The position numbers were made by a program, and so were the translations under genes. A stretch of DNA of 64,000 bases from an uncultured Alphaproteobacteria bacterium (GTDB taxonomy: Bacteria > Pseudomonadota > Alphaproteobacteria > ATCC43930 > CGMCC-115725): NCBI GenBank assembly GCA_963733525.1, contig CAVTDT010000011.1, forward strand, positions 1,578 through 65,577, written 5' to 3'. The notes beneath the pieces were generated by a model that was not told where the DNA came from, ran no database searches, and was given only the letters and a program-made list of their open reading frames with translations. This document shows, in pieces, positions 54,020 to 64,000 of this stretch (position 1 is its first letter; each line of letters starts with the position of its first letter).

Positions 54020-54148
54020 ATGGCCAGCAACACCTCGCACGACGGCAACACGGCCTCAAGCTCGTTCTGGCCTGGGGCTTCGTCGGCATTCCGCTCGCCT
54101 GGGGCGTCATCGAGACCGCCATCAACGCGCTGAAGCTGTTCAGAGTAG
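54020..54148 (+). pseudogene. Possible small membrane subunit that accompanies OFA-type MFS transporters, frameshifted near 54056
   Basis: An ATG preceded by GGAAGGA. The expected hydrophobic core LVLAWGFVGIPLAWGVIETAINALKLF is in a different frame from the start codon. Confidence 0.35.
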
Positions 54149-54208
54149 GATCGCAAGAGCGCCCGTGCGGCCGGCTCCGGCGTCGACGGGGTTCGCAAGC
54201 GCTCTTCG

Positions 54209-54904
54209 CTAAACCGGGTACGCCTTCGCCTGGCGCGCCAGCCCGCCGTAGAGATCGAGCATGCGCTCGCGCCAGGCAGCGATGGGATCGCCGGGCTCCA
54301 GCAGCCGGAACGGACTGATTCCCCGCGTCCACAGGAACATGCCGGCGAGGATGTAGTCGGGATAGAGCGGCGCCTCGCCGCCGAGAAACTTCTGGCGCTC
54401 CAGGGTCATCCGCGCCGGCAGCAGGGCCTGGCGGAGCTGCTCCACACGCTGGTCGCGGTCGGCCTGCACCTGCTCCAGCGGCATGCCGAAGCGCTCCTCC
54501 CGGCTCTTGCGGAAATATGCCTTGTCGCGCTCGTCCGCGTGGGACCAGATGTCGTGCACGACGAGGCGCACCGCGATCGGCTGCAGCACCGCATCGACCC
54601 AGTTGTTGAAGAAGCGGGCGAGCGCGCGTCCGCCGGCGCCGCCGAACAGCGAGGGGCGATCGGGATAGGCGTCCTCGAGATGATTGGCGATCGTCCAGGA
54701 ATCGGCGATCCACTTGTCGCCGTCGACGATGACGGGAACCCGCCCCTGGCCGGACGGCGCCAGCCGCTCCTTCTCGGTGAAGCGCCAGGGCAGCGTCTCG
54801 ACCGGCAGATCCTTGTGCGCCAGCGCCAGCCGCGAGCGCCAGCAGTACGGACTGAAGCGCCGGTCGGCCTCGGCGCCGGCAAGCTCATAGAGCGTGATCG
54901 TCAT
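54209..54904 (-). CDS. Glutathione S-transferase family protein
   Basis: Start MTITLYELAG, with FSPYCWRSRLAL in a thioredoxin-like N-domain; 231 aa. Confidence 0.8.
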   Translation of the reverse strand: MTITLYELAGAEADRRFSPYCWRSRLALAHKDLPVETLPWRFTEKERLAPSGQGRVPVIVDGDKWIADSWTIANHLEDAYPDRPSLFGGAGGRALARFFNNWVDAVLQPIAVRLVVHDIWSHADERDKAYFRKSREERFGMPLEQVQADRDQRVEQLRQALLPARMTLERQKFLGGEAPLYPDYILAGMFLWTRGISPFRLLEPGDPIAAWRERMLDLYGGLARQAKAYPV

Positions 54905-55164
54905 GGGTCCTCCTCCACCGCAATCGTTGCGCGAGAGTAGCTGGTCGTTCCCGCCTTGCAAACCGCCGTTCCCGGCGGCGCCTGTCGCGACGCGATTGCC
55001 ATTAGCCCCGGCGAAATCCTCGCCGAGACACGCCCGGTCTGTGCTAAATTCATCCCGTCAGGCCGGTCCAGCAAGCTGCCCCTGCCAGCCCCTCTCACGC
55101 TAAGGACGTTCCCCGTCCGGTTATCCGGCGGCGACTGTGTGGCTGCGGGCGCGAGCGACCGGCG

Positions 55165-57048
55165 ATGGGAAAGTTGGATATGTCGTTATTTCGAATCTTC
55201 GAGCGATTGCTGGAGCCGACGGCACTGCCGCCGGAGGCGCCGCCGCCGACCAGCCTCGCCGCCTTCTATTGGCACTATGCGCGCCAGGCGGGCAGGCTCG
55301 TCGTGGCGCTGTTCGTTGCCGGCTTCGTCGTGGCGCTGCTGGACACCACGATTCCGATCTTCATCGGGCGGGTGGTGACGCTGGTCTCGACCCATGCGCC
55401 GGCGGCCCTGCTGCACGACGCGGCGCCGCAGCTCCTTGGCATGGCCGCGGTCTTGTTGCTGCTGCGCCCGGCGGCGCTGCTGGTCCAGGCCATGATCACC
55501 AACCAGGCGATCGCGCCCGGTCTTACCAACCTGATCCGGTGGCAAAGCCACTGGCATGTGGTGCGGCAGAGCTGGACCTATTTCCAGAACGACTTTGCCG
55601 GGCGCATCGCCAACCGCGTCATGCAGACCGGCCCTTCGCTCCGGGAGAGCGTCGTCGCCGGCACCAACGCGGTCTGGTACATCCTGGTCTATGGCGGCAG
55701 CGCGATCGCGCTGATGGCCTCGAATGACGTGCGCCTCGCGATCCCCGTGCTGCTGTGGTTCGCGGGCTACGCCGTGCTGCTGCGAGGCTTCGTGCCGCGC
55801 ATGCGCGACCGCTCGCGGCGGATGTCGGAGGTACGCTCCGCCCTCACCGGCCGCGTCGTCGACAGCTATACCAACATCCTGACGGTTAAGCTGTTCGCCC
55901 GCCCCACCGACGAGGACGCCTTCGTGCGTGCCACCGTCGACGAGCACACCCTGGCGTTCCGACGCCAGCTCCGGCTCATCACCGCTTTCAGCATCACTCT
56001 CACGGCGCTCAACGCAAGCATGGTGGTGAGCACGGGCGCGGTGGCGATCTGGCTCTGGACCGAGGGCCGCATCGCGGTCGGCACCGTCGCCATGGTGCTG
56101 CCGCTGACCTGGCAGATCTCCAACATCGCCGGCTGGGTGGCGCAGAACGTGACCGCGATCTTCGAGAACGTCGGCACCGTGCAGGATGGCATGCGCTCGA
56201 TCGCGGTGCCGCGCCAGATGCCCGACCGTCCCGATGCCACCGTGCTGCGCGTCGATCGCGGCGAAGTCCGCTTCGAGAATCTGCGTTTCGGCTATGGCAC
56301 CACCCGCGGCGTGCTGCATGGGATCGACCTCGCCATCGCTCCCGGCGAGCGCGTCGGTCTCGTCGGCCGCTCCGGCGCGGGAAAGTCGACGCTCGTCAAT
56401 CTGCTGCTGCGCTTCTACGAGATCGAATCCGGCCGCATCCTCATCGATGGGCAGGACATCTCGGGCGTGACGCAGGAGAGCCTGCGCGCCCATATCGCCA
56501 TGGTGACCCAGGACACCTCGCTGCTGCACCGCTCGATCCGCGAGAACATCGCCTACGGCCGCCCCAGCGCCAGCGAGCACGAGGTGCGCGAGGCCGCCGC
56601 CCGCGCCCACGCGCTTGAATTCATCGAGACGCTGGAGGACTGGCAGGGCCGGCGCGGCTTCGACGCCCATGTGGGCGAGCGCGGGGTCAAGCTCTCAGGC
56701 GGCCAGCGCCAGCGCATCGCGCTCGCCCGCGTGATCCTGAAGGACGCGCCGATCCTGGTTCTCGACGAGGCCACCTCGGCGCTCGATTCCGAGGTCGAGG
56801 CGGCGATCCAGGAACAGCTCGACGGGCTCATGCGGGGGCGCACGGTGATCGCCATTGCGCATCGCCTCTCCACCATCGCGCGCATGGACCGGCTCGTTGT
56901 CCTCGATCATGGCCGCATCGTGGAGGAAGGCACCCACGCCGAACTTCTCGCCGCCGGCGGCGCCTATGCCGGGCTCTGGCAGCGGCAGTCCGGCGGCTTC
57001 TACGACCAGGAGGCCGCCGCTCTCGACGCCGCGCCGGCGGCACAATAG
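55165..57048 (+). CDS. ABC transporter, fused permease/ATPase (exporter type); the likely start is MSLFRIF at 55180
   Basis: Six predicted TM segments followed by GRSGAGKST, LSGGQRQR and ILVLDEATS. Confidence 0.88.
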   Translation: MGKLDMSLFRIFERLLEPTALPPEAPPPTSLAAFYWHYARQAGRLVVALFVAGFVVALLDTTIPIFIGRVVTLVSTHAPAALLHDAAPQLLGMAAVLLLLRPAALLVQAMITNQAIAPGLTNLIRWQSHWHVVRQSWTYFQNDFAGRIANRVMQTGPSLRESVVAGTNAVWYILVYGGSAIALMASNDVRLAIPVLLWFAGYAVLLRGFVPRMRDRSRRMSEVRSALTGRVVDSYTNILTVKLFARPTDEDAFVRATVDEHTLAFRRQLRLITAFSITLTALNASMVVSTGAVAIWLWTEGRIAVGTVAMVLPLTWQISNIAGWVAQNVTAIFENVGTVQDGMRSIAVPRQMPDRPDATVLRVDRGEVRFENLRFGYGTTRGVLHGIDLAIAPGERVGLVGRSGAGKSTLVNLLLRFYEIESGRILIDGQDISGVTQESLRAHIAMVTQDTSLLHRSIRENIAYGRPSASEHEVREAAARAHALEFIETLEDWQGRRGFDAHVGERGVKLSGGQRQRIALARVILKDAPILVLDEATSALDSEVEAAIQEQLDGLMRGRTVIAIAHRLSTIARMDRLVVLDHGRIVEEGTHAELLAAGGAYAGLWQRQSGGFYDQEAAALDAAPAAQ

Positions 57049-57067
57049 TGAACGGAAAGCAGACGTG

Positions 57068-57637
57068 ATGCGGATCTATCTCGCCCTGATTCCGGCGATG
57101 TGGCTGGCCTGGCTCGCCTACTGGATCATCGCTTCCTTCGGCGCGAAGGCGACGCGCCGGCGGGAGTCGCCGCTCTCCCGCGCGACGTATCTAGTTCCGC
57201 TGCTGCTCGGCGCGTTTCTTCTGTCATCGCCGCGCCCGCTTCCGGCCTGGCTCGATTCCCACGTGGTGCCGCCATCGATGCCGGAGCTCTGGCTCGGTAT
57301 CGTCCTGGTCGCCGGCGGCCTTGCCGTCGCGGTCTGGGCACGGCGTCATATCGCCGGCTATTGGAGCGGCACCGTCACTCTCAAGGAGGATCATCAGCTG
57401 ATCCGGACCGGACCTTACGGCTGGGTGCGCCACCCCATCTATTCCGGAGTCCTGCTGGCAATCGCGGGAACCGTGGTGGCGCTCGACGAATGGCGCGGCG
57501 TCGTCGCACTGCTGCTGATGACGGCGTCGTTCTGGCGCAAGCTCCTTATCGAGGAGAGCTGGCTCGGCGCCGCTTTCCCCGATCAATATCCGCGCTACCG
57601 CGCCGAGGTTTCCGCCTTGATCCCGGGAGTGCTGTAG
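57068..57637 (+). CDS. Membrane methyltransferase (isoprenylcysteine carboxyl methyltransferase / PEMT-like family)
   Basis: 189 aa with LIRTGPYGWVRHPIYSG. Confidence 0.75.
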   Translation: MRIYLALIPAMWLAWLAYWIIASFGAKATRRRESPLSRATYLVPLLLGAFLLSSPRPLPAWLDSHVVPPSMPELWLGIVLVAGGLAVAVWARRHIAGYWSGTVTLKEDHQLIRTGPYGWVRHPIYSGVLLAIAGTVVALDEWRGVVALLLMTASFWRKLLIEESWLGAAFPDQYPRYRAEVSALIPGVL

Positions 57638-57642
57638 CCCGC

Positions 57643-58527
57643 TCAGTCGGCAATGCCGGCGATCTCGGCGCTGAGCTCCCAGAGCCGCCGCGCCGCCGCT
57701 TCATCCTGCGCCTCCGGTGACGGCTTCACCGGCGACGAGCGCGCGAAATAGCCGCCGCTCTCGCCTTCCACCTCCAGCGCACTGGCGAGATAGACGACGG
57801 TCTCGGCGCCGGTCTCCGGGCGGATCGCGAAGAGCCGCTTGGCGACGCCGATGCCGGTGCGATAGAGGCCGGCGGTATTGTCACCGAAGCGGCTGGCGAC
57901 GAAGCCGGGATGCAGGGCATTTACGGTGACGCCGGTCCCCTGCAGGCGTCGAGCCAGCTCGCGGGTGAACAGGATGTTGGCGAGCTTGGAGCGGCGATAG
58001 GCGGTCCAGGGGGTATAGTCCCGCTCCAGATTGAGATCGCTGAAATCCATCATGGCATCGTCATGGGCACGAGACGCGACATTGACGATGCGCGCGGGCG
58101 AGGACGCGACCAGGCGCTCGCGCAGCAGATTGGTCAGCACGAAGTAGGCCATGTGGTTGAGCGCGAAGGTGCGCTCCAGCCCGTCCGCGGTCACCTCGCG
58201 ACGCTGAAACAAGGCACCGGCATTGTTGATGAGCACGTCAATACGGGGATATGCCGCCAGCAACTCCCCGGCGAGACGGCGCACCTCGCTAAGACACGAG
58301 AGATCGGCGTAATGCATGGCGGCGCGCAAGCCCGGGGTCCGTGCGCGGAGCCGCTCGAGGACGGCCTCGCCCCGCTTGGGATCGCGGCCGACCAGGGCGA
58401 GCCCGGCACCCCGCGCCGCCAGCGCCTCCGCCGCGGCGAGGCCGATGCCGGACGTCGCACCCGTGATGACGCAGACCTTGCCTTGCACACTCGGCTCCAA
58501 TCGGTAGTGCAGCAGCGGCGCAGACAA
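57643..58527 (-). CDS. Short-chain dehydrogenase/reductase
   Basis: 294 aa with VCVITGATSGIG and YRRSK. Confidence 0.8.
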   Translation of the reverse strand: MSAPLLHYRLEPSVQGKVCVITGATSGIGLAAAEALAARGAGLALVGRDPKRGEAVLERLRARTPGLRAAMHYADLSCLSEVRRLAGELLAAYPRIDVLINNAGALFQRREVTADGLERTFALNHMAYFVLTNLLRERLVASSPARIVNVASRAHDDAMMDFSDLNLERDYTPWTAYRRSKLANILFTRELARRLQGTGVTVNALHPGFVASRFGDNTAGLYRTGIGVAKRLFAIRPETGAETVVYLASALEVEGESGGYFARSSPVKPSPEAQDEAAARRLWELSAEIAGIAD

Positions 58528-58553
58528 CCGACGGGCGCACCGCGCCCCACCAC

Positions 58554-59468
58554 CTAGCTCGCCCGCGGCCGCGACGAGCGCTCCGTGGCAAGGACATAGA
58601 GGCCGCTCCCAACGATCACGGCGGCCCCAACCCAGCTTAGCACGGTCGGAAACTCGCCGAACACCGCCAGGCTGAAGAGCGCCGCGCCGAGGAGTTGCAA
58701 ATAGTTAAGCGGCGCCACCACCGACGCCGGCCCCCACTGGAACGCCTTCACTATGTAATAGTGGCCGAACCCGCCAAACATCCCCAGACTGAACAGCAGC
58801 GCGCCATCCGAGATGCTTTCCGGCGTATGCCAGGCGAACGGCACCAGGAGGCTGGTGAGCAGGAACCCCATCACCGCGATATAGGTGATCGAGGTCTCGG
58901 GCGGGTCGTGCGCCGCGAGGCGCCGCGTCAGCAACTGATAGAGCGCGTTGCAGAACGCGCTGCCGAGCACCAGGAAAGAAGCCCAGGGCACGGTATCCGA
59001 GCCCGGCCGCAGCACCAGCAAGGCGCCGCAGAAGCCGGTCGCCGCCGCCGCCCAGCGCCGCAGCCCCACCGTCTCCTTCAGCATCGTCGGCGAGAGGGCA
59101 ATCACGATGAAGGGCGCCACGAAGCCGACGCTGGCGGCGATCGGCAGCGAGGTGTAGCGCAGCGCGCTGACATAGATCGCGGTCGACGATAGCAGCAGGG
59201 TGGAGCGCAGGATCTGCGCCTTGAGGTGGGTCGTGCGAAAGAGCCGCCAGCCCCGCTGCGGGATGAAGACCATCACCATGTAGACGAAATGCCCGGCGTA
59301 GCGGGCCCAGGTGATCTCGATGGTGGAATAGCGCGGCGTCAGGTACTTCGCCCCGGCGTTGAGGCAGGGGATCAGCACCATCGCGAGCACCATGTAGAAG
59401 ACCGCCCGGCCGATGTGATGGCCGCGGTGATCGGTCTCGGTCGGAGAACTCGAGATGGCCGCCCCCAA
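58554..59468 (-). CDS. DMT-superfamily (EamA) transporter
   Basis: 304 aa with 10 predicted TM segments in two EamA-like halves. Confidence 0.75.
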   Translation of the reverse strand: MGAAISSSPTETDHRGHHIGRAVFYMVLAMVLIPCLNAGAKYLTPRYSTIEITWARYAGHFVYMVMVFIPQRGWRLFRTTHLKAQILRSTLLLSSTAIYVSALRYTSLPIAASVGFVAPFIVIALSPTMLKETVGLRRWAAAATGFCGALLVLRPGSDTVPWASFLVLGSAFCNALYQLLTRRLAAHDPPETSITYIAVMGFLLTSLLVPFAWHTPESISDGALLFSLGMFGGFGHYYIVKAFQWGPASVVAPLNYLQLLGAALFSLAVFGEFPTVLSWVGAAVIVGSGLYVLATERSSRPRAS

Positions 59469-59578
59469 TCCGCCTCGATTGCTCGACCATAGAGGGCGGC
59501 GGAAAGCCGCGCCAGACCGCTGGACCGGCCGCGGCGCGACCGGGAGGCCGCGCCGCGTCAGGTCGTCCGGATTAGACG

Positions 59579-60121
59579 TCAGCCGTTGATCTTGGCGCGG
59601 ATCTGCTCCCAGAGCGAGGCGGTCGGCACGCCATCCACCGGCAAGTGGTTATCCTGCTGGTAGCGGCGGATCGCGGTATCGGTTCGCGATCCGAAATTGC
59701 CGTCCGCCGGGCCCGGATCGTAGCCCAGACGCTGCAACCCCGCCTGGATGTTCCGCACCGTCGTCGGATCGTAAGACGTGGTCGGCGCGATCGGCTCGAT
59801 GCTTGCGGTCTGCGTACCCGCCGCCGGTGGCGGCGGCGGATTGGCGGAAGTCGATGTCCCCGAGGGCGAGCCGCTGCGCCAGGCCGGCTTGCCCAGATTG
59901 ACCTGACTCGAATCCGTGAGCGCTCCGGCGGCACCGCCAACCGCCGCGCCGATCAGCGCGCCGCCGACCGGGCCGATGCCCGTCACGGCGCCGACCACCG
60001 CGCCGCCGGCGGCACCGATACCGGCGCCGCTCGCCGCGCGATCTTCCGTGGTATCGCCACAGGCGGAGAGCACAAGGGGAGCACCCACCGCCAGGACGAA
60101 CAGTGCAGATTTGCGAACCAT
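59579..60121 (-). CDS. Lipoprotein with a glycine-zipper segment and a C-terminal peptidoglycan-binding (PG_binding_1-like) domain
   Basis: MVRKSALFVLAVGAPLVLSAC lipobox, a GAGIGAAGGAVVGAV repeat and YDPGPADGNFGSRTDTAIRRYQ. Confidence 0.65.
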   Translation of the reverse strand: MVRKSALFVLAVGAPLVLSACGDTTEDRAASGAGIGAAGGAVVGAVTGIGPVGGALIGAAVGGAAGALTDSSQVNLGKPAWRSGSPSGTSTSANPPPPPAAGTQTASIEPIAPTTSYDPTTVRNIQAGLQRLGYDPGPADGNFGSRTDTAIRRYQQDNHLPVDGVPTASLWEQIRAKING

Positions 60122-60291
60122 GCGCGTCCTCACCAATAGATTTGCATGGCGCCTTATATCAGAAACCGTCGCGCCGGACATCGCTGGGATGACGTGACAT
60201 CGATGCGTCAACTCGGCGATTCCCGCGACTCGAGGGGTTCACGATTGTGGCGAGAACGCCATGATTTGCTTTGAGGGCGCGGATGCCGCGA

Positions 60292-60870
60292 TCAGTTGCG
60301 GGCGCGGCGGCGAACGAATTCCATCCAGTTATCTGTAGGCGCTGCGCAGCGGGCGCCCTCACCGATTTCCGCCGTGTCCCGCAACGTCACGCCGCCGAAA
60401 TCCCAGAGCTTGCGCCAATGCTCTTCGTCATCCATCGCCCTTCCGCGCACCCTGCGCGCGATTCGGCGCCGCACGTACATCTTGCCGAGGGACAGGTAGA
60501 GCGCGACGCTGACCGCCGCCGCAGCGAGGCCGATCTTGTAGCCGAGGAAGTACCAGAGCGCCGCGGTGAGGGCGAGCAGGCCATATACCCACTGGTTGCT
60601 CTCCGCCTCGAAGCCCACGGGGCTGTCCATATGCATCAGCCGCTTCACGTCGACCTCGATGGCGACGCGGCCATCGGCGTGGAGCTTCCGGAGACGGGCA
60701 AGCAGATCGCGAGCCGTTTCCGGCAGTGGTGCGGCCGCGGTCCCGGTCGGCGCCGGCGCGCCGAAGGTTGGCGTCACCACCATGGCCGGCCGGAAAGCAG
60801 CGCTCGGCCGCGAGGTGTCAGGCGGCGGTCCGGCAGGGGGCGACGCGTTGGAGGAATTCCCGGTTGTCAT
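60292..60870 (-). CDS. Hypothetical membrane protein (Pro/Ala-rich N-terminus, two TM helices)
   Basis: 192-aa ORF with good codon periodicity. I do not recognise a family. Confidence 0.4.
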   Translation of the reverse strand: MTTGNSSNASPPAGPPPDTSRPSAAFRPAMVVTPTFGAPAPTGTAAAPLPETARDLLARLRKLHADGRVAIEVDVKRLMHMDSPVGFEAESNQWVYGLLALTAALWYFLGYKIGLAAAAVSVALYLSLGKMYVRRRIARRVRGRAMDDEEHWRKLWDFGGVTLRDTAEIGEGARCAAPTDNWMEFVRRRARN

Positions 60871-61011
60871 GGTGGAGGAATGAACGGTGAACCCACTGTC
60901 GTAGTACTATCGCGGCACGCTATACCATAATTCCGCCGGGACAAGAGTTCTGGCGGCAGCCCTTCTGCTGGTTGGAATGCCCACGCCACCATATTCCGAG
61001 AGCCCCCATAC

Positions 61012-61416
61012 ATGTTCGAGATCAAATCCTGGACCCTGCTGGTCGGACGCATCTTCCTTGCCGCCATCTTCTTCACCTCGGGAATCCGCAAGGTCGGCAA
61101 CATCGCGCGGACCGTCGACAATATCGCCAGCCATCATCTGCCCCTTCCCCTGGTCCTCGCCTGGGCCGCCACAGCGCTGGAGGTCGGTGGCGGTGCGATG
61201 CTGATCCTCGGCCTGCGCGCGCGCTGCGCGGGCGCCGCCTTTTTCGTCTATACCGGCGTGCTCGCCGTCATCTTCCATAGCTTCTGGGGCCTGGACGGCG
61301 CGCAATACGCCGCTCAGATGACGGCGTTCTACGACCACCTCGCCATCATGGGCGGCATGCTCTATGTGGCGGTATTCGGCGCCGGCCCGATCAGCCTCGA
61401 TCGCGGCAGGGGCTAG
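61012..61416 (+). CDS. DoxX-family membrane protein
   Basis: 134 aa with LLVGRIFLAAIFFTSGIRK. Confidence 0.75.
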   Translation: MFEIKSWTLLVGRIFLAAIFFTSGIRKVGNIARTVDNIASHHLPLPLVLAWAATALEVGGGAMLILGLRARCAGAAFFVYTGVLAVIFHSFWGLDGAQYAAQMTAFYDHLAIMGGMLYVAVFGAGPISLDRGRG

Positions 61417-61512
61417 GTCCGCCGCCGCACTGCGTGCATTAAGGATTTAGTTACCGAAAACCTCCCAAGAATTCCCGCTGGATGCGCCTGGTGCGCCGGG
61501 AGCTGGGGAGAC

Positions 61513-62610
<1,098 letters not shown>

Positions 62611-62678
62611 GCGCCGTCGGCGCCGGCCGTGCTAGTCTGGCGACCACAGGCTTACCCGTACGATCGGGAGGACCGACG

Positions 62679-64000
62679 ATGCCGGCCGACCCCTCGCCCA
62701 CCATCTCTGACGCGCCGACCCCTGTGGTCCTGAATCAGCCGCCGCCATTGGCGGACTACAACCTCTTCGCCGGCGATCGCGCGCTCCGCGACGCCGTCCG
62801 TCGCGAAGGCGCGGCCTGGGCGGAGCCCGCGCTCGACGCCCTCGGTGCCGAGCTCGGGCGGGCGGAGACGATCGAGGCCGGCTTTGCCGCCAACCGCCAT
62901 TCGCCGGAGCTTCACAGCTTCGACCGCTTCGGCAATCGCCGGGACGAGATCGAGTTCCATCCGGCATGGCACACGATGATGGCACTTGGCGTTCGCCACG
63001 GCCTGCATGCCTCGCCGTGGTCCGATCCCAAGCCCGGCGCGCATGTCGCGCGCGCTGCCGGCACCTTCATGCTGACGCAGATCGAGAGCGGCGCCTATTG
63101 CCCGATCGCCATGACTTATGGCTCGGTGCCGACGCTGCGCCGCGACGCCGCGCTCGCCACGGAATGGCTGCCGCGGATCTTCTCCCGTCAATACGATCAG
63201 CGCTTCCGGCCGGCGGCCGGGAAGACCGGCGCCCTCGTCGGCATGGGCATGACGGAGAAGCAGGGTGGCTCCGATCTCCGCGCCAACATCACTCAGGCGG
63301 TGCCCGCCGGCGACGGCGGTCGCGCCTACCGCATCACCGGCCACAAGTGGTTCCTCTCGGCGCCGATGTGCGATGCCTTCCTGATGCTGGCGCAGGCGCC
63401 GAAGGGGCCGAGCTGCTTCCTGGTCCCGCGCTGGACGCCGGACGGCGCGCGCAACGGCCTGCATCTGCAGCGCCTCAAGGACAAGCTCGGCAACCGCTCC
63501 AACGCCTCCTCGGAAGTGGAGCTTGCCGATGCCTGGGGGTGGCTCATCGGCGAGGAGGGCCGCGGCATCCCCATCATCATCGAGATGAGCAACCTCACCC
63601 GCCTCGACTGCGCCATCGGCTCCGCCGGCCTCATCCGCCAGGCGCTGACCCAGGCGATCCACCACGCAAGCCATCGCACGGCGTTCCAGCGCAAGCTGGT
63701 GGACCAGCCCGTGATGACCAATCTGCTGGCGGATCTCTCGCTCGAGAGCGAGGCAGCCACGAGCCTCGCACTGCGGCTCGCCGCCGCCTATGACCGCGAG
63801 AGCGATCCGGCGGAGGCGCTGCTGGCGCGGCTGCTGACGCCGGTGGCGAAGTACTGGACCTGCAAGCGGGCGCCGGCGGTGGTGCTGGAGGCGCTGGAGG
63901 TGCTCGGCGGCAACGGCTATGTCGAGGAGAGCATCATGCCGCGCCTCTATCGCGAGGCGCCGGTGAACTCGGTCTGGGAGGGCTCGGCGAACGTGATCGC
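62679..64000 (+). CDS. Acyl-CoA dehydrogenase, AidB-like; the 3' end lies outside the window. It is not in the supplied ORF track.
   Basis: ATG 62679 follows GGGAGG. My own translation gives MPADPSPTISD...GMGMTEKQGGSDLRAN...HKWFLSAPMCDAFLMLAQ...LGNRSNASSEVEL...PVNSVWEGSANVI, open to the window end. Confidence 0.8.
   Translation, partial: MPADPSPTISDAPTPVVLNQPPPLADYNLFAGDRALRDAVRREGAAWAEPALDALGAELGRAETIEAGFAANRHSPELHSFDRFGNRRDEIEFHPAWHTMMALGVRHGLHASPWSDPKPGAHVARAAGTFMLTQIESGAYCPIAMTYGSVPTLRRDAALATEWLPRIFSRQYDQRFRPAAGKTGALVGMGMTEKQGGSDLRANITQAVPAGDGGRAYRITGHKWFLSAPMCDAFLMLAQAPKGPSCFLVPRWTPDGARNGLHLQRLKDKLGNRSNASSEVELADAWGWLIGEEGRGIPIIIEMSNLTRLDCAIGSAGLIRQALTQAIHHASHRTAFQRKLVDQPVMTNLLADLSLESEAATSLALRLAAAYDRESDPAEALLARLLTPVAKYWTCKRAPAVVLEALEVLGGNGYVEESIMPRLYREAPVNSVWEGSANVI

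Noticed and set aside
62980-62998. A TGGCAC sequence resembles a sigma-54 -24 element, which would be relevant because NtrC and NtrX are encoded in the window.
   Set aside because: It lies inside the aidB-like coding sequence, and the -12 position reads GTTC rather than TTGC at the required spacing. I found no convincing TGGCAC-N5-TTGC in any intergenic region.

Overview
High-GC alphaproteobacterial chromosomal DNA. The order looks like Hyphomicrobiales/Rhizobiales, judged from the dusB-ntrBC-ntrYX ... hfq-hflX gene order; this is inference, no search was run. The dominant feature is a very large, diverged inverted duplication. Positions 1-11101 (minus-strand genes) mirror positions 11121-22418 (plus-strand genes) around a 19-nt spacer at 11102-11120. 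Each arm carries the same 11-gene block: MBL hydrolase, tatD, metG, holB, tmk, DD-carboxypeptidase, rlpA, lytic transglycosylase, Fe-alcohol dehydrogenase, aldehyde dehydrogenase and a 5'-truncated glutamine-synthetase-like gene. The left arm runs off the window edge. The arms differ by about 1.5-5% at protein level, including many synonymous changes, and they have decayed in a largely complementary way. metG, holB, tatD, rlpA and the carboxypeptidase are intact only on the right arm. The aldehyde dehydrogenase and an essentially full-length tmk are intact only on the left arm. The rest of the window (22.6-64 kb) is ordinary core genome: GFA proteins, mazG, a glycosyltransferase pair, hflX-hfq, ntrYX-ntrBC-dusB, ispDF-pgpA-cinA, nadQ/nadA/nadC, a CoA-transferase/thioesterase cluster with an oxalate/formate-type MFS transporter, GST, an ABC exporter, SDRs, a DMT transporter, a histidine kinase and an aidB-like acyl-CoA dehydrogenase. 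This part is peppered with frameshifts, including in normally indispensable genes (ispDF, ntrX, nadA). I found no transposase, integrase, phage gene, CRISPR array, rRNA or tRNA, and no recognisable defence or toxin system. The candidate novelty here is structural and evolutionary (the palindromic duplication and its decay), not a new gene system. All identity figures were counted by eye from the supplied translations.
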